Positions 8,557 to 15,737 of a stretch of 48,541 bases of DNA are shown in pieces. Origin of the DNA: Methanobacteriota archaeon. Its GTDB lineage: Archaea; Hydrothermarchaeota; Hydrothermarchaeia; Hydrothermarchaeales; BMS3B. A program made the position numbers and the translations under genes. The number at the start of each line of letters is the position of its first letter. Position 1 is the stretch's first letter. Below the pieces are notes generated by a model. It saw only the letters and a program-made list of their open reading frames with translations, was not told where the DNA came from and ran no database searches. The stretch is from the NCBI GenBank assembly GCA_013152685.1, contig JAADFX010000130.1, positions 13,913 through 62,453 on the forward strand, written 5' to 3'.

Positions 8557-9546
8557 TTAATCCAGCTCATCCAGCACGTAGTCCTCCCACTTCCGCTCCC
8601 CCAGCACAATCTCAAGCTCCTGGGGGGTGAGCATGGGCCTGGGAAAGCGCGGCGCATCCTCAATTGTCACGCGGGGGCAGGAGGTGTTCACCAGCGCATC
8701 CAGGTGGCGGAAGTAAATCAGGTTCTCTGGCGTGACCTCGGCGAGGTGAATCAGGTGGGCCTCCTTTTTCATCTCCCGGAGCTTCTGCTTTATCCGCCTC
8801 GCGAGCGCAAGGCGCCTCTGGCCGGGCTTCTCCCCCACGATTATGCCGAAGCGCTGCGCATCCCTCGCCTTCGCCATGGTGGCGAAGCGCTGCCTCAGGA
8901 AGCGCTCCCTCTTCTCCTCCATGTTCCTCACCTCCCCCTGAAGCAGGTCGAAGGCGTACACCGGCTTTCCCGTGGCAAGCGCAACGCCTAGGGGATGGAA
9001 GTCCCCGCTTCCCAGGTAGGCGAAGCAGTCCACCCTGCTGGAGATGCTCTTTGCGCAGGCGAAGGAGCAGCCCAGCACCTGCCCGGGGTAGCGCGCCCTT
9101 CCCCTCGCCCCGCCTATGTGCACCTCGAAGCCCCTCGCCTCGAGAAACCTCCTCGCCCTCTCGAGGATGTGCACGTGCTGCACTGTCGTAATTAAACCCA
9201 CCCTCTTCTCCAGCAGGTGGAGGTGCTCCTCCAGCAGGGGCTCCGCCTCCTGGGGGAGGCGCACCTCGATGTAGTGCACGGGTATGCGGGTGCTCTTTAA
9301 AAGCTGCGCGTGCCCGAAGTGGAACACCGCCTCTGCGCCGAGCTGTGCCGCCGGTTCGTCGGCGAGGTCGCAGGCGCCGTAGCAGGGGTTCGCCGAGATG
9401 AGCACCTCCGCTCCGGTGAGCTCCTCCACTTGGGAGGCCACCTCCGTGGCGTGGTCCCTAAGCCCCTCGGGAAACTGCAGGCTCACCCTGGAGTAGCCCT
9501 CCCTTTTTATAATCTCAGCGATGCGCTCAACCTCAAAGTTGTACAT
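8557..9546 (-). CDS. dph2: Diphthamide biosynthesis enzyme Dph2 (2-(3-amino-3-carboxypropyl)histidine synthase)
   Basis: The typical archaeal Dph2 N-terminus (YNFEVERIAEIIKREGYSRVSLQFPEGL) and conserved Cys residues (PCYGACD, SCP). Confidence 0.88.
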   Translation of the reverse strand: MYNFEVERIAEIIKREGYSRVSLQFPEGLRDHATEVASQVEELTGAEVLISANPCYGACDLADEPAAQLGAEAVFHFGHAQLLKSTRIPVHYIEVRLPQEAEPLLEEHLHLLEKRVGLITTVQHVHILERARRFLEARGFEVHIGGARGRARYPGQVLGCSFACAKSISSRVDCFAYLGSGDFHPLGVALATGKPVYAFDLLQGEVRNMEEKRERFLRQRFATMAKARDAQRFGIIVGEKPGQRRLALARRIKQKLREMKKEAHLIHLAEVTPENLIYFRHLDALVNTSCPRVTIEDAPRFPRPMLTPQELEIVLGERKWEDYVLDELD

Positions 9547-9702
9547 CTCAAGCAGCGCACAGGCTAACGTCGGGATGTTTCGAAATCCGTAAGTAAAATT
9601 TTATATTTGTGAAGAGGCACACAAAATTCCGGGGAGCGGTGGTGGAGCACGAGCCCAGCGGTCACCTCCTCTACTCCACCTCCTTTTTTGCATCTGCTCC
9701 CC

Positions 9703-9709
9703 AAAAAAA
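9703..9709 (-). terminator. Oligo-T tract (T7) right after the SHOCT gene stop
   Basis: The minus strand reads TAG-C-TTTTTTT immediately after the stop at 9711-9713. This is an archaeal oligo-T termination signal at the end of the co-oriented hao-downstream gene string. Confidence 0.35.
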
Positions 9710-9710
9710 G

Positions 9711-10040
9711 CTACTTCTCGCCAAGAATCTCGCGCTTCATCTCCAGGTACTCCTCCCGGGTGATCTCTCCCCTCGCAAGACGCCTGTTGAGGATGTCTAT
9801 GGCGCTCTCCTCCCTCTCCTCCCTGCCCGTGAGGAGCAGGTACAGGAAGGCGAGCACCAGCACCCAGAAGGCTATGCCGAAGATGCTGAAGCCGTAGCCG
9901 AAGGCGTAGCGGCGGTGCATCTCCATCATGCCTCCCCACGCCTGGCACAGGCCCCAGGGGTGACCCGTCTCATAGAGCACAGTAAGGAGCAGCAGAAAGC
10001 CCAGCACGGCGAAGGTTATGTAGCCCAGGTACCTCTTCAT
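9711..10040 (-). CDS. SHOCT-domain membrane protein
   Basis: The ATG at 10040 is preceded by GGTGA; the track start at 10076 is a TTG. Two TM helices are followed by the C-terminal ILNRRLARGEITREEYLEMKREIL SHOCT motif. Confidence 0.65.
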   Translation of the reverse strand: MKRYLGYITFAVLGFLLLLTVLYETGHPWGLCQAWGGMMEMHRRYAFGYGFSIFGIAFWVLVLAFLYLLLTGREEREESAIDILNRRLARGEITREEYLEMKREILGEK

Positions 10041-10094
10041 CACCCTGTCACCATCCCTACTTTCTCCCTCTTCCAACTTAATACTATCCCACGG

Positions 10095-10574
10095 CTACTT
10101 CTTTATCCAGTCCGCAATAAACACCTTGTAGGTCCTGCCGAGCCTCTCCCGGGTTATTATCCCCTTCTTCTCCAGATTGAGCAGCAGGGCGCTCACCTTC
10201 GACTTTGAGAAGCCTGTGCGGAAGCGCAGCGAGTCCTGGGTGATGCCCTCATTCTCCCTTATTATCTCTATGAGAAGCGCCTCATCCTCACTCAGGGCGC
10301 GCTCAAGTATGGCGTAGCTCTTGCTGTCCTGCTTCTTCTCCTCCTCGGGCTTTGCCCACATGTAGAATAGGGCGCCAGCGGCTATGCCGGCAATAAAGGA
10401 CAGGGTGAGGCGGTACCTGAGCAGGGAAAGGCTCTCCTCGGTGAGCAGCAGCGAGGCCAGGGAATCCAGGCCAAAGTACACGATGAACACCAGCAGAAAG
10501 GTCGCCAGAACGCGCTCATTCTCCGTGGCCGGCTTTTTTATCTTCATGGTGGTATCCTTATTGGCGCCGGTCAT
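10095..10574 (-). CDS. Membrane-anchored winged-helix (MarR/TrmB-like) DNA-binding protein
   Basis: Two N-terminal TM helices followed by EALLIEIIRENEGITQDSLRFRTGFSKSKVSALLLNLEKKGIITRERLGRTYKV, a wHTH. Confidence 0.6.
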   Translation of the reverse strand: MTGANKDTTMKIKKPATENERVLATFLLVFIVYFGLDSLASLLLTEESLSLLRYRLTLSFIAGIAAGALFYMWAKPEEEKKQDSKSYAILERALSEDEALLIEIIRENEGITQDSLRFRTGFSKSKVSALLLNLEKKGIITRERLGRTYKVFIADWIKK

Positions 10575-10583
10575 ATAAGAAGC

Positions 10584-11774
10584 CTATGGCAGCACTCCGG
10601 CACGCCTAATTATCCCCAGCATCTCCAGGCTGAAGGCCGAAGCCGAGAGCAGGAGCAGAAGGCCGCCCACCATGGAGACGGCGCTCTGGGACAGGTACAT
10701 CCCCAGGGCGAGCAGCACAACACCCGCATTGTAGGCGTAGAAAATCCAGCGAGAGCGCTCCGCGGAGAAGAGCTCCTTGAAGGAGGAGGGCGCCCTCTCC
10801 CGCTCCCTGGGCAGGATCCGCGCCCAAGCAAGCGTCGGGATCACGTGGTACAGCCCCCCGATTACCGTCTGGCCGACAAAGCCCAGGGCGGCCAGGTGGG
10901 CGTGGACTGAGGAGAGCCCCGCCTCAGGAAAGGCTGCCTGTACCAGGCCCAGGAGGAGAACCAGCAGCAGGTAGCCCAGGGCAGCCAGAAAGAACCTGGA
11001 CTCCACGGGCTCTGGCTTGAAGCTCATCCTGGTGGGCGCCGTGTAGCTCTTTACCATGTCGTAGGTGAAGAGGGCGGCTGCTGAGAGGAGGACCGCGCCG
11101 GAGAGGAGGAGAAGCGCCTCAGAGAGCCCGAAGCCGAGCACCATCCCCGCCGCCGAGATGAGGGTGAGGTAGAACACGTAGTCCACCCAGCGCCGGTTGT
11201 ATATGTCCTTGACCACCAGCATGGGGAGCATCCAGGACATGGCGCCGAAGATTATCAGGGTCACCCCGCCCACCAGGGAGAGGTGCACATGGGAAGGGCG
11301 GTAGCCGTAGAGGGCGGGGTTCAGGAGGATCAAAAACCCAAGCGTCGCCCCGAGGCTAAGAAGGACGCTGGCTGCCGAGTAGAACTTGAAGGCATAGTTT
11401 TCCCCCCTGCGCTCCGCGATGGTCGCCAGGATGTTGTAGGTGAAGAGGTAGAAGCACACCAGCAGGAGCAGTGCCCCAGCCGCCGCCACCAGGCGGTGGT
11501 GGGGGTAGCTCAGCGAAAACACCACCAGGCCGGAGTTGAAAAGCCAGAAACTCGCCGAGGCGGCGCGCTTGCTGTGGAGCTCAGCGCCGGTGAGGGTGGG
11601 AACCTGCTGGTACATGGTGGCAATTATAACGCCGCAGACGAACCCCACCAGGGCGAGGTGCACGTGCACAGGCGTGGGAACCGAGAGGCCGGCCAATCCG
11701 GCTAACCCGAGGAGGAGCGCCACAACAAAATACACCAGCGCCGCTGCCAGAAACCGCAGTATTACGGCCGACAT
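10584..11774 (-). CDS. Polytopic (about 12 TM) membrane protein with thrice-repeated H-x-H-L...P-x-L motif; function unknown, possibly haem/metal-binding
   Basis: The 396-aa ORF carries repeats PVHVHLALVGFVCGVIIATMYQQVPTL, PSHVHLSLVGGVTLIIFGAMSWMLPML and SVHAHLAALGFVGQTVIGGLYHVIPTL about 125-135 aa apart. It is co-oriented 200 nt downstream of the HAO-like gene. The CDS is confident; the function is not. Confidence 0.6.
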   Translation of the reverse strand: MSAVILRFLAAALVYFVVALLLGLAGLAGLSVPTPVHVHLALVGFVCGVIIATMYQQVPTLTGAELHSKRAASASFWLFNSGLVVFSLSYPHHRLVAAAGALLLLVCFYLFTYNILATIAERRGENYAFKFYSAASVLLSLGATLGFLILLNPALYGYRPSHVHLSLVGGVTLIIFGAMSWMLPMLVVKDIYNRRWVDYVFYLTLISAAGMVLGFGLSEALLLLSGAVLLSAAALFTYDMVKSYTAPTRMSFKPEPVESRFFLAALGYLLLVLLLGLVQAAFPEAGLSSVHAHLAALGFVGQTVIGGLYHVIPTLAWARILPRERERAPSSFKELFSAERSRWIFYAYNAGVVLLALGMYLSQSAVSMVGGLLLLLSASAFSLEMLGIIRRAGVLP

Positions 11775-11778
11775 AACC

Positions 11779-11916
11779 CTAACCGTGAATCAGCATCGGC
11801 AGGCAGCGGGTGCAGATGTAGTGCTTATCCTGCCGGTGGTAGTACTTTATGAGGGGAACCTCATCCTCACTCCGCTGGCAGTTTTCACACTTCTTCATGC
11901 TTATGAAGATAGCCAT
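11779..11916 (-). CDS. Small zinc-ribbon protein (45 aa; 39 aa from the second ATG), not in the ORF track
   Basis: Reverse translation gives MAIFISMKKCENCQRSEDEVPLIKYYHRQDKHYICTRCLPMLIHG* (CxxC-x24-CxxC). The stop lies 4 nt before the start of the downstream membrane-protein gene. Confidence 0.4.
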   Translation of the reverse strand: MAIFISMKKCENCQRSEDEVPLIKYYHRQDKHYICTRCLPMLIHG

Positions 11917-11948
11917 AGGCGAATAAAAGAGTTTTTGCGAACATGTTC

Positions 11949-11959
11949 AAAAAGAAAAA
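11949..11959 (-). terminator. T-rich tract (TTTTTCTTTTT) after the HAO-like gene stop
   Basis: The minus strand reads TGA-GCTTCCACCC-TTTTTCTTTTT. This is a possible partial terminator between hao and the downstream genes. Confidence 0.3.
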
Positions 11960-11969
11960 GGGTGGAAGC

Positions 11970-13460
11970 TCAGGGCTTCCTCCTTCTCCTGAGCAGCAGC
12001 GCATACCCTGCCACCGGCAGCAGCGCAAGGGCAGCCACTGACGTGGGACCGCACACGCCCTTCTGCTTCTCCAGCTTGGCAACGCGCTCCTCGAGCTCCT
12101 TCTTCTCCCGCTCCATCTCGAGCCACTCTTCCATCATGTTGAGCTTGTCCATCAGCGCATCCACTGCACCGTTCCAGTGGGTCCAGTCGGGCCCCATCAT
12201 GCTGGCGCCCATCCTCCACCTTCTGCCGTCGTGGTGCCAGATGTAGTAGTACATGATCTCCGGAATCTCGTCTATCGGGTTGGACTTGTCTATGAGTCCC
12301 TCCTCGTAGGCGGCGTTGAGGAGCTGCTCCGTGTACTCGTACACCCTGTTGTAGTCCTCCACCACCTTGTCGAAGCTCTCGAAGTAGCCGTCAACCCAGT
12401 CGCTGGCGTGGCACACCCTGCACACCTTCTTCATCTCTGCCCTGCCCCGCTTTGCCTGCTCCAAATCGGGCTTCTGCTCTCCCAGGGGCACCTTGCTGGC
12501 GTCGTCCCACTGGGGCGTCGACTTCTTGGGCTGAAGCTCCCAGTAGAGCCTGGCTCCAACGTCGTGGGTGCTCTCAACCACTCCGCCAAAGCCGGACATG
12601 TGGCAGGTGGCGCAGGTGGGTGCCGCTATGTCCTCGGGACCCCACTGACCAGGGGGCACGTCCCAGTTCCAGTCTTCGCCGCTGCTCGCGTAGATGTTGC
12701 CGTGCTTGCTCTCCTCGTAGATCTCTATCTGCGGATGGTCAGGGCCGAGATGGCACTGGCCGCAGGTCTCGGGCTTCCTCGCTTCGGCTATGCTGAACCT
12801 GTGGCGAGTGTGGCAGGCGGAGCAGGTTCCCATGCTGCCGTCGGGGTTGATCCTGCCTATGCCATTGTTGGGCCAGCCGTCCACCAGATTGCCGTTCTTT
12901 GATATCACGTAGCTTCCGTGGCACTCCAGGCAGCCCAGCACCTGGTTCTCCTGGTGGTAGTTCTCGTCATCCAGGAGGCCGATGCGCTTCAGGGCACCGC
13001 TGTCCGGGAACAGCGGCGTGAGCTGCCCCCTTATGAAGTCCCTGGGGTTGTTCTCAATGGCGGTCTCCAGCTTCAGCGGGTCCTTGCCCTGCTTCACCAT
13101 CTCCCTGTACCAGGGCTTCAGCGGCCCTATGAAGGCTGCCCAGGCGTGCTTGCTCCTTGAAAACTCCGCAACCTGCTTTGGATGACAGCTCTCGCAGTAG
13201 CGCGGTGATACCACTGCCGTGACCCTGTAGCCCATGTGCTCAAAGCCGGAGGGGTCGTCATCCTTGGCGAGGTGGCAAACATAACACTTCACTCCCACCT
13301 TGCTGTGCTTACTCTCCTCCCACTGCTTCACTATCCCTGGGGTTACGGTGTCGTGACAGCTCAGACAGGGCGCCCCTGGCTCTCTGAATTCCTGTGCGTT
13401 AGCTGTACTGAGCAACATCGCTGCAGCTATCGCAAAAATTAAGAGATGCTTTAACCTCAT
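11970..13460 (-). CDS. hao: HAO-family (hydroxylamine oxidoreductase-like) octahaem c-type cytochrome with CGP-CTERM-like anchor
   Basis: Signal peptide MRLKHLLIFAIAAAMLLSTANA. Eight CxxCH sites are present: CLSCH, CYVCH, CESCH, CLECH, CSACH, CGQCH, CATCH and CRVCH. HAO/HDH-like blocks include VKQWEESKHSKVGVKCYVCH and YIWHHDGRRWRMGASMMGPDWTHWNG. The C-terminus has a coiled coil followed by KGVCGPTSVAALALLPVAGYALLLRRRRKP. Confidence 0.85.
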   Translation of the reverse strand: MRLKHLLIFAIAAAMLLSTANAQEFREPGAPCLSCHDTVTPGIVKQWEESKHSKVGVKCYVCHLAKDDDPSGFEHMGYRVTAVVSPRYCESCHPKQVAEFSRSKHAWAAFIGPLKPWYREMVKQGKDPLKLETAIENNPRDFIRGQLTPLFPDSGALKRIGLLDDENYHQENQVLGCLECHGSYVISKNGNLVDGWPNNGIGRINPDGSMGTCSACHTRHRFSIAEARKPETCGQCHLGPDHPQIEIYEESKHGNIYASSGEDWNWDVPPGQWGPEDIAAPTCATCHMSGFGGVVESTHDVGARLYWELQPKKSTPQWDDASKVPLGEQKPDLEQAKRGRAEMKKVCRVCHASDWVDGYFESFDKVVEDYNRVYEYTEQLLNAAYEEGLIDKSNPIDEIPEIMYYYIWHHDGRRWRMGASMMGPDWTHWNGAVDALMDKLNMMEEWLEMEREKKELEERVAKLEKQKGVCGPTSVAALALLPVAGYALLLRRRRKP

Positions 13461-13503
13461 ATTCTCACCCAGTTAACAATCTCCCACTCATATATTAAAA
13501 AGG

Positions 13504-13544
13504 TTTTTTTAAAAAGTGATTTAAATAAAGATTGTAGTGTTAAA
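13504..13544 (-). promoter_or_regulatory. hao upstream composite element TTTAACACTA-N19-TTTTTAAAAAAA (gene orientation)
   Basis: Read directly. The plus strand is TTTTTTTAAAAA-GTGATTTAAATAAAGATTG-TAGTGTTAAA. N19 contains the TATA-like TATTTAAAT. The proximal end lies 43 nt from the hao ATG. The same outer blocks occur with the same spacing upstream of napA. Confidence 0.55.
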
Positions 13545-13551
13545 ATTTAGT

Positions 13552-14652
13552 TTAGGTTGATAGGCGCACCCTGTGCCTCAATTCGGGAAGCGGTGACGAG
13601 GCGGCGTACACCGTACCGGCGCAACCCTCGAGCTCCTCCTCCCTTTTAGCCGTGAGCACGCGGGGCTTTAATTCCTCATCCCTGCATGTGAGGACAACTT
13701 CATCCACAACCCCTGAATTTAAAGAAAATTTAAGCAGCGCCGTAACTGCACCGCCGTCCTGCCCTCCGCCACGGGTTGCCCTGGCAGCCAGGATGCGCCT
13801 GTACCTGCCCAGGTGCTCCCTCCGTAGCTCCCCCAGCTCCAGCTGCTCCTCCAGCGCCCTCAGAGGCAGCGCTGTTCTGGTGCAGGCAGCGTAGCACAGG
13901 CTGCAGTCCTGGGGGCACCTCCCCCTCAGCCTGGGCATGCCGTTCCTCATCTCCAGCTCCGAACATGCGGCGCTGCACGCACCGCACGCGTCGCACAGAC
14001 CGGAGACCACGATATCCCTCCACAGCTCCCGGAAGCCCCTGCCCTCGGTCCTGCTCAGCGCCTCCTCCAGCGAGCCCAGATCTCTGGTGGCGTGGTGGGG
14101 CACCTCATCCCCCTGCTCCACCCTGCTCTGTATCCTCCTGAGGCTCCTCTCAAACTTGGCGCGGGCGACCCGCTGGAGCTCCTCCACGCCCGCCTCGCCC
14201 ACCTCCATCAGCTCCAGAAGGCCCGCCTCCTCAGCACCATGCAGCACCTCCTCGCCCCGGGGGGTGCGCACAATCAGGGTGGTCCACCCCTCCGGGGAGC
14301 CGGTGCTACCTGCGCTAATGTCCGCCAGCTCTGAGGTGAAATCCAGGCACATCCTGCACGCCATCTTCACGTACTTCCTCATCTCCCCCAGGGGAAACTC
14401 CAGCTCCATGCCCCGGGCTGAAACCCTCACCCGGTCCCCGGAAATTCTCATCCGGGCCACCTCCTCTGGCGCCACGCCCCGCGCCTCCAGGAACCCTGCC
14501 ATGCAGGGGTAGCTCCAGTTGCCCATGCAGAAGAGGCCCACCACCAGCTCCACCCGCTCCACCAGCCTCCTCCCCAGCAGCCTGCCCAGCGCCTGCAGCT
14601 TTCGCAGCCCCTGCACCTGACACGGCGTCCCCACGAAGCCCAGCGCTCTCAC
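13552..14652 (-). CDS. FrhB/FdhB-family (F420-reducing hydrogenase beta-like) flavo-FeS protein, circularly permuted, with internal 2x[4Fe-4S] segment
   Basis: The N-terminus starts in the FrhB C-domain (GTPCQVQGLRKL, LFCMGNW, CRMCLDFTSELADISAGSTGSPEGWTTLIVRT). Next come CDACGACSAAC and CPQDCSLCYAAC. The FrhB N-domain (GGGQDGGAVTALL...AGTVYAASSP) comes last. The ATGA overlap with napD indicates translational coupling. Confidence 0.75.
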   Translation of the reverse strand: MRALGFVGTPCQVQGLRKLQALGRLLGRRLVERVELVVGLFCMGNWSYPCMAGFLEARGVAPEEVARMRISGDRVRVSARGMELEFPLGEMRKYVKMACRMCLDFTSELADISAGSTGSPEGWTTLIVRTPRGEEVLHGAEEAGLLELMEVGEAGVEELQRVARAKFERSLRRIQSRVEQGDEVPHHATRDLGSLEEALSRTEGRGFRELWRDIVVSGLCDACGACSAACSELEMRNGMPRLRGRCPQDCSLCYAACTRTALPLRALEEQLELGELRREHLGRYRRILAARATRGGGQDGGAVTALLKFSLNSGVVDEVVLTCRDEELKPRVLTAKREEELEGCAGTVYAASSPLPELRHRVRLST

Positions 14653-14891
14653 TCCACCTCATCCTCCACGTTCAGGTACACCAGCTGGAAGTCCACCACG
14701 TCCTCCCACTTCTCTATCTCCTCCGAGAGCTTCTTGAGCTCCTTTGTGCTTCTCCCCTCCATCACCACTGCAATTCCCCGGGTGCCCCTCCCCTTAACCT
14801 CGACTCCCGGGAGGTTCCTGAGGTTCCTCTCCACCTCGTCCTCCCTCCCGGGCACCGGCACAATTACCGCTCCAGATATGGGCAAATCCAT
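14649..14891 (-). CDS. napD: NapD-like Tat-proofreading chaperone
   Basis: 80 aa from the ATG at 14891, which overlaps the napH TGA within GGAGGTGATGG. The sequence ISGAVIVPVPGREDEVERNLRNLPGVEVKG...GIAVVMEGRSTKELKKLSEEIEKWEDVVDFQLVY matches the NapD ferredoxin-like pattern. The longer track ORF overlaps napH. Confidence 0.72.
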   Translation of the reverse strand: MDLPISGAVIVPVPGREDEVERNLRNLPGVEVKGRGTRGIAVVMEGRSTKELKKLSEEIEKWEDVVDFQLVYLNVEDEVE

Positions 14892-15736
14892 CACCTCCTT
14901 ACCGCATAGTACAGGGCGCCCGTTGGGCAGGCGTCCCTGCACAGTCCACAATTATCACAGGTTCTATCATTAAAATCCTTATCTATACCGAGCTCCACAG
15001 GGCGCAGACCATAGGGGCAGGCGATGTTGCACTCACCGCAGAAGATGCAGCGCTCCATCCTCTTGGAGATTCTCACCACCCTCTTCGCCCCCAGCAGCGA
15101 CAGGAAGCCTCCCGCCGGGCACAGGGAGCGGCACCAGATCCGCCTGGCGGCGAGCGCCTCGAGCAGGACCACGCCCGTCAGGAGGAGAAGGCCGCCGTAG
15201 CTCGGGGCGCCGTAGGTGAGGACATAGAAGATCTCCCTTCCCAGCACGTGGGGCAGGTCGAAGGCGGACACCACCGGAGTGGCAAAAAAGAAGCTCAGGA
15301 GCAGCGCAAACCCCAGCAGGTGGTAGCGGTAGTCCGCCACCCTGAGGCTGAGCCTCACGCCGCGCGAGCTGAGGAAGCTCCCAAGCCTCTGGTTGAGCTC
15401 CAGCAGGAACCCGGCGGGGCAGATCCAGGAGCAGAAGACCCTGCCCAGGAGGAGGGTAATCGCCAGGGGCAGAAGCGCCGCCGCCAGCAGCGGCAGGTAA
15501 ACCACCTTCGCCGCCAGCATCGCCTCCAGCGCCGCGAGGGGGTGGGTAACGGTGAAGCCGTAGAAGCTGAAGCTCCAGGTGTCGCCCCACACGCGGGACA
15601 CCCTGGGCGGCGGGAGCTCCCCCATGGCTATCCGGGATGGTGCCCACTCTATCGGATTCTGGGAGTACAGGGGGACGGCGACCAGCACCGCCAGGACCAG
15701 CACCTGAAACACGCGCCTCAACCTGCGGACTTCCAT
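14891..15736 (-). CDS. napH: NapH-type membrane FeS quinol dehydrogenase subunit
   Basis: The start MEVRRLRRVFQ lies at 15736, just after the napG stop. Four TM helices are present. CxxxCP motifs are CSWICPAG and CRSLCPAGG. C-terminal ferredoxin motifs are CIFCGECNIACP and CDNCGLCRDACP. Confidence 0.85.
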   Translation of the reverse strand: MEVRRLRRVFQVLVLAVLVAVPLYSQNPIEWAPSRIAMGELPPPRVSRVWGDTWSFSFYGFTVTHPLAALEAMLAAKVVYLPLLAAALLPLAITLLLGRVFCSWICPAGFLLELNQRLGSFLSSRGVRLSLRVADYRYHLLGFALLLSFFFATPVVSAFDLPHVLGREIFYVLTYGAPSYGGLLLLTGVVLLEALAARRIWCRSLCPAGGFLSLLGAKRVVRISKRMERCIFCGECNIACPYGLRPVELGIDKDFNDRTCDNCGLCRDACPTGALYYAVRR

Positions 15737-15737
15737 G

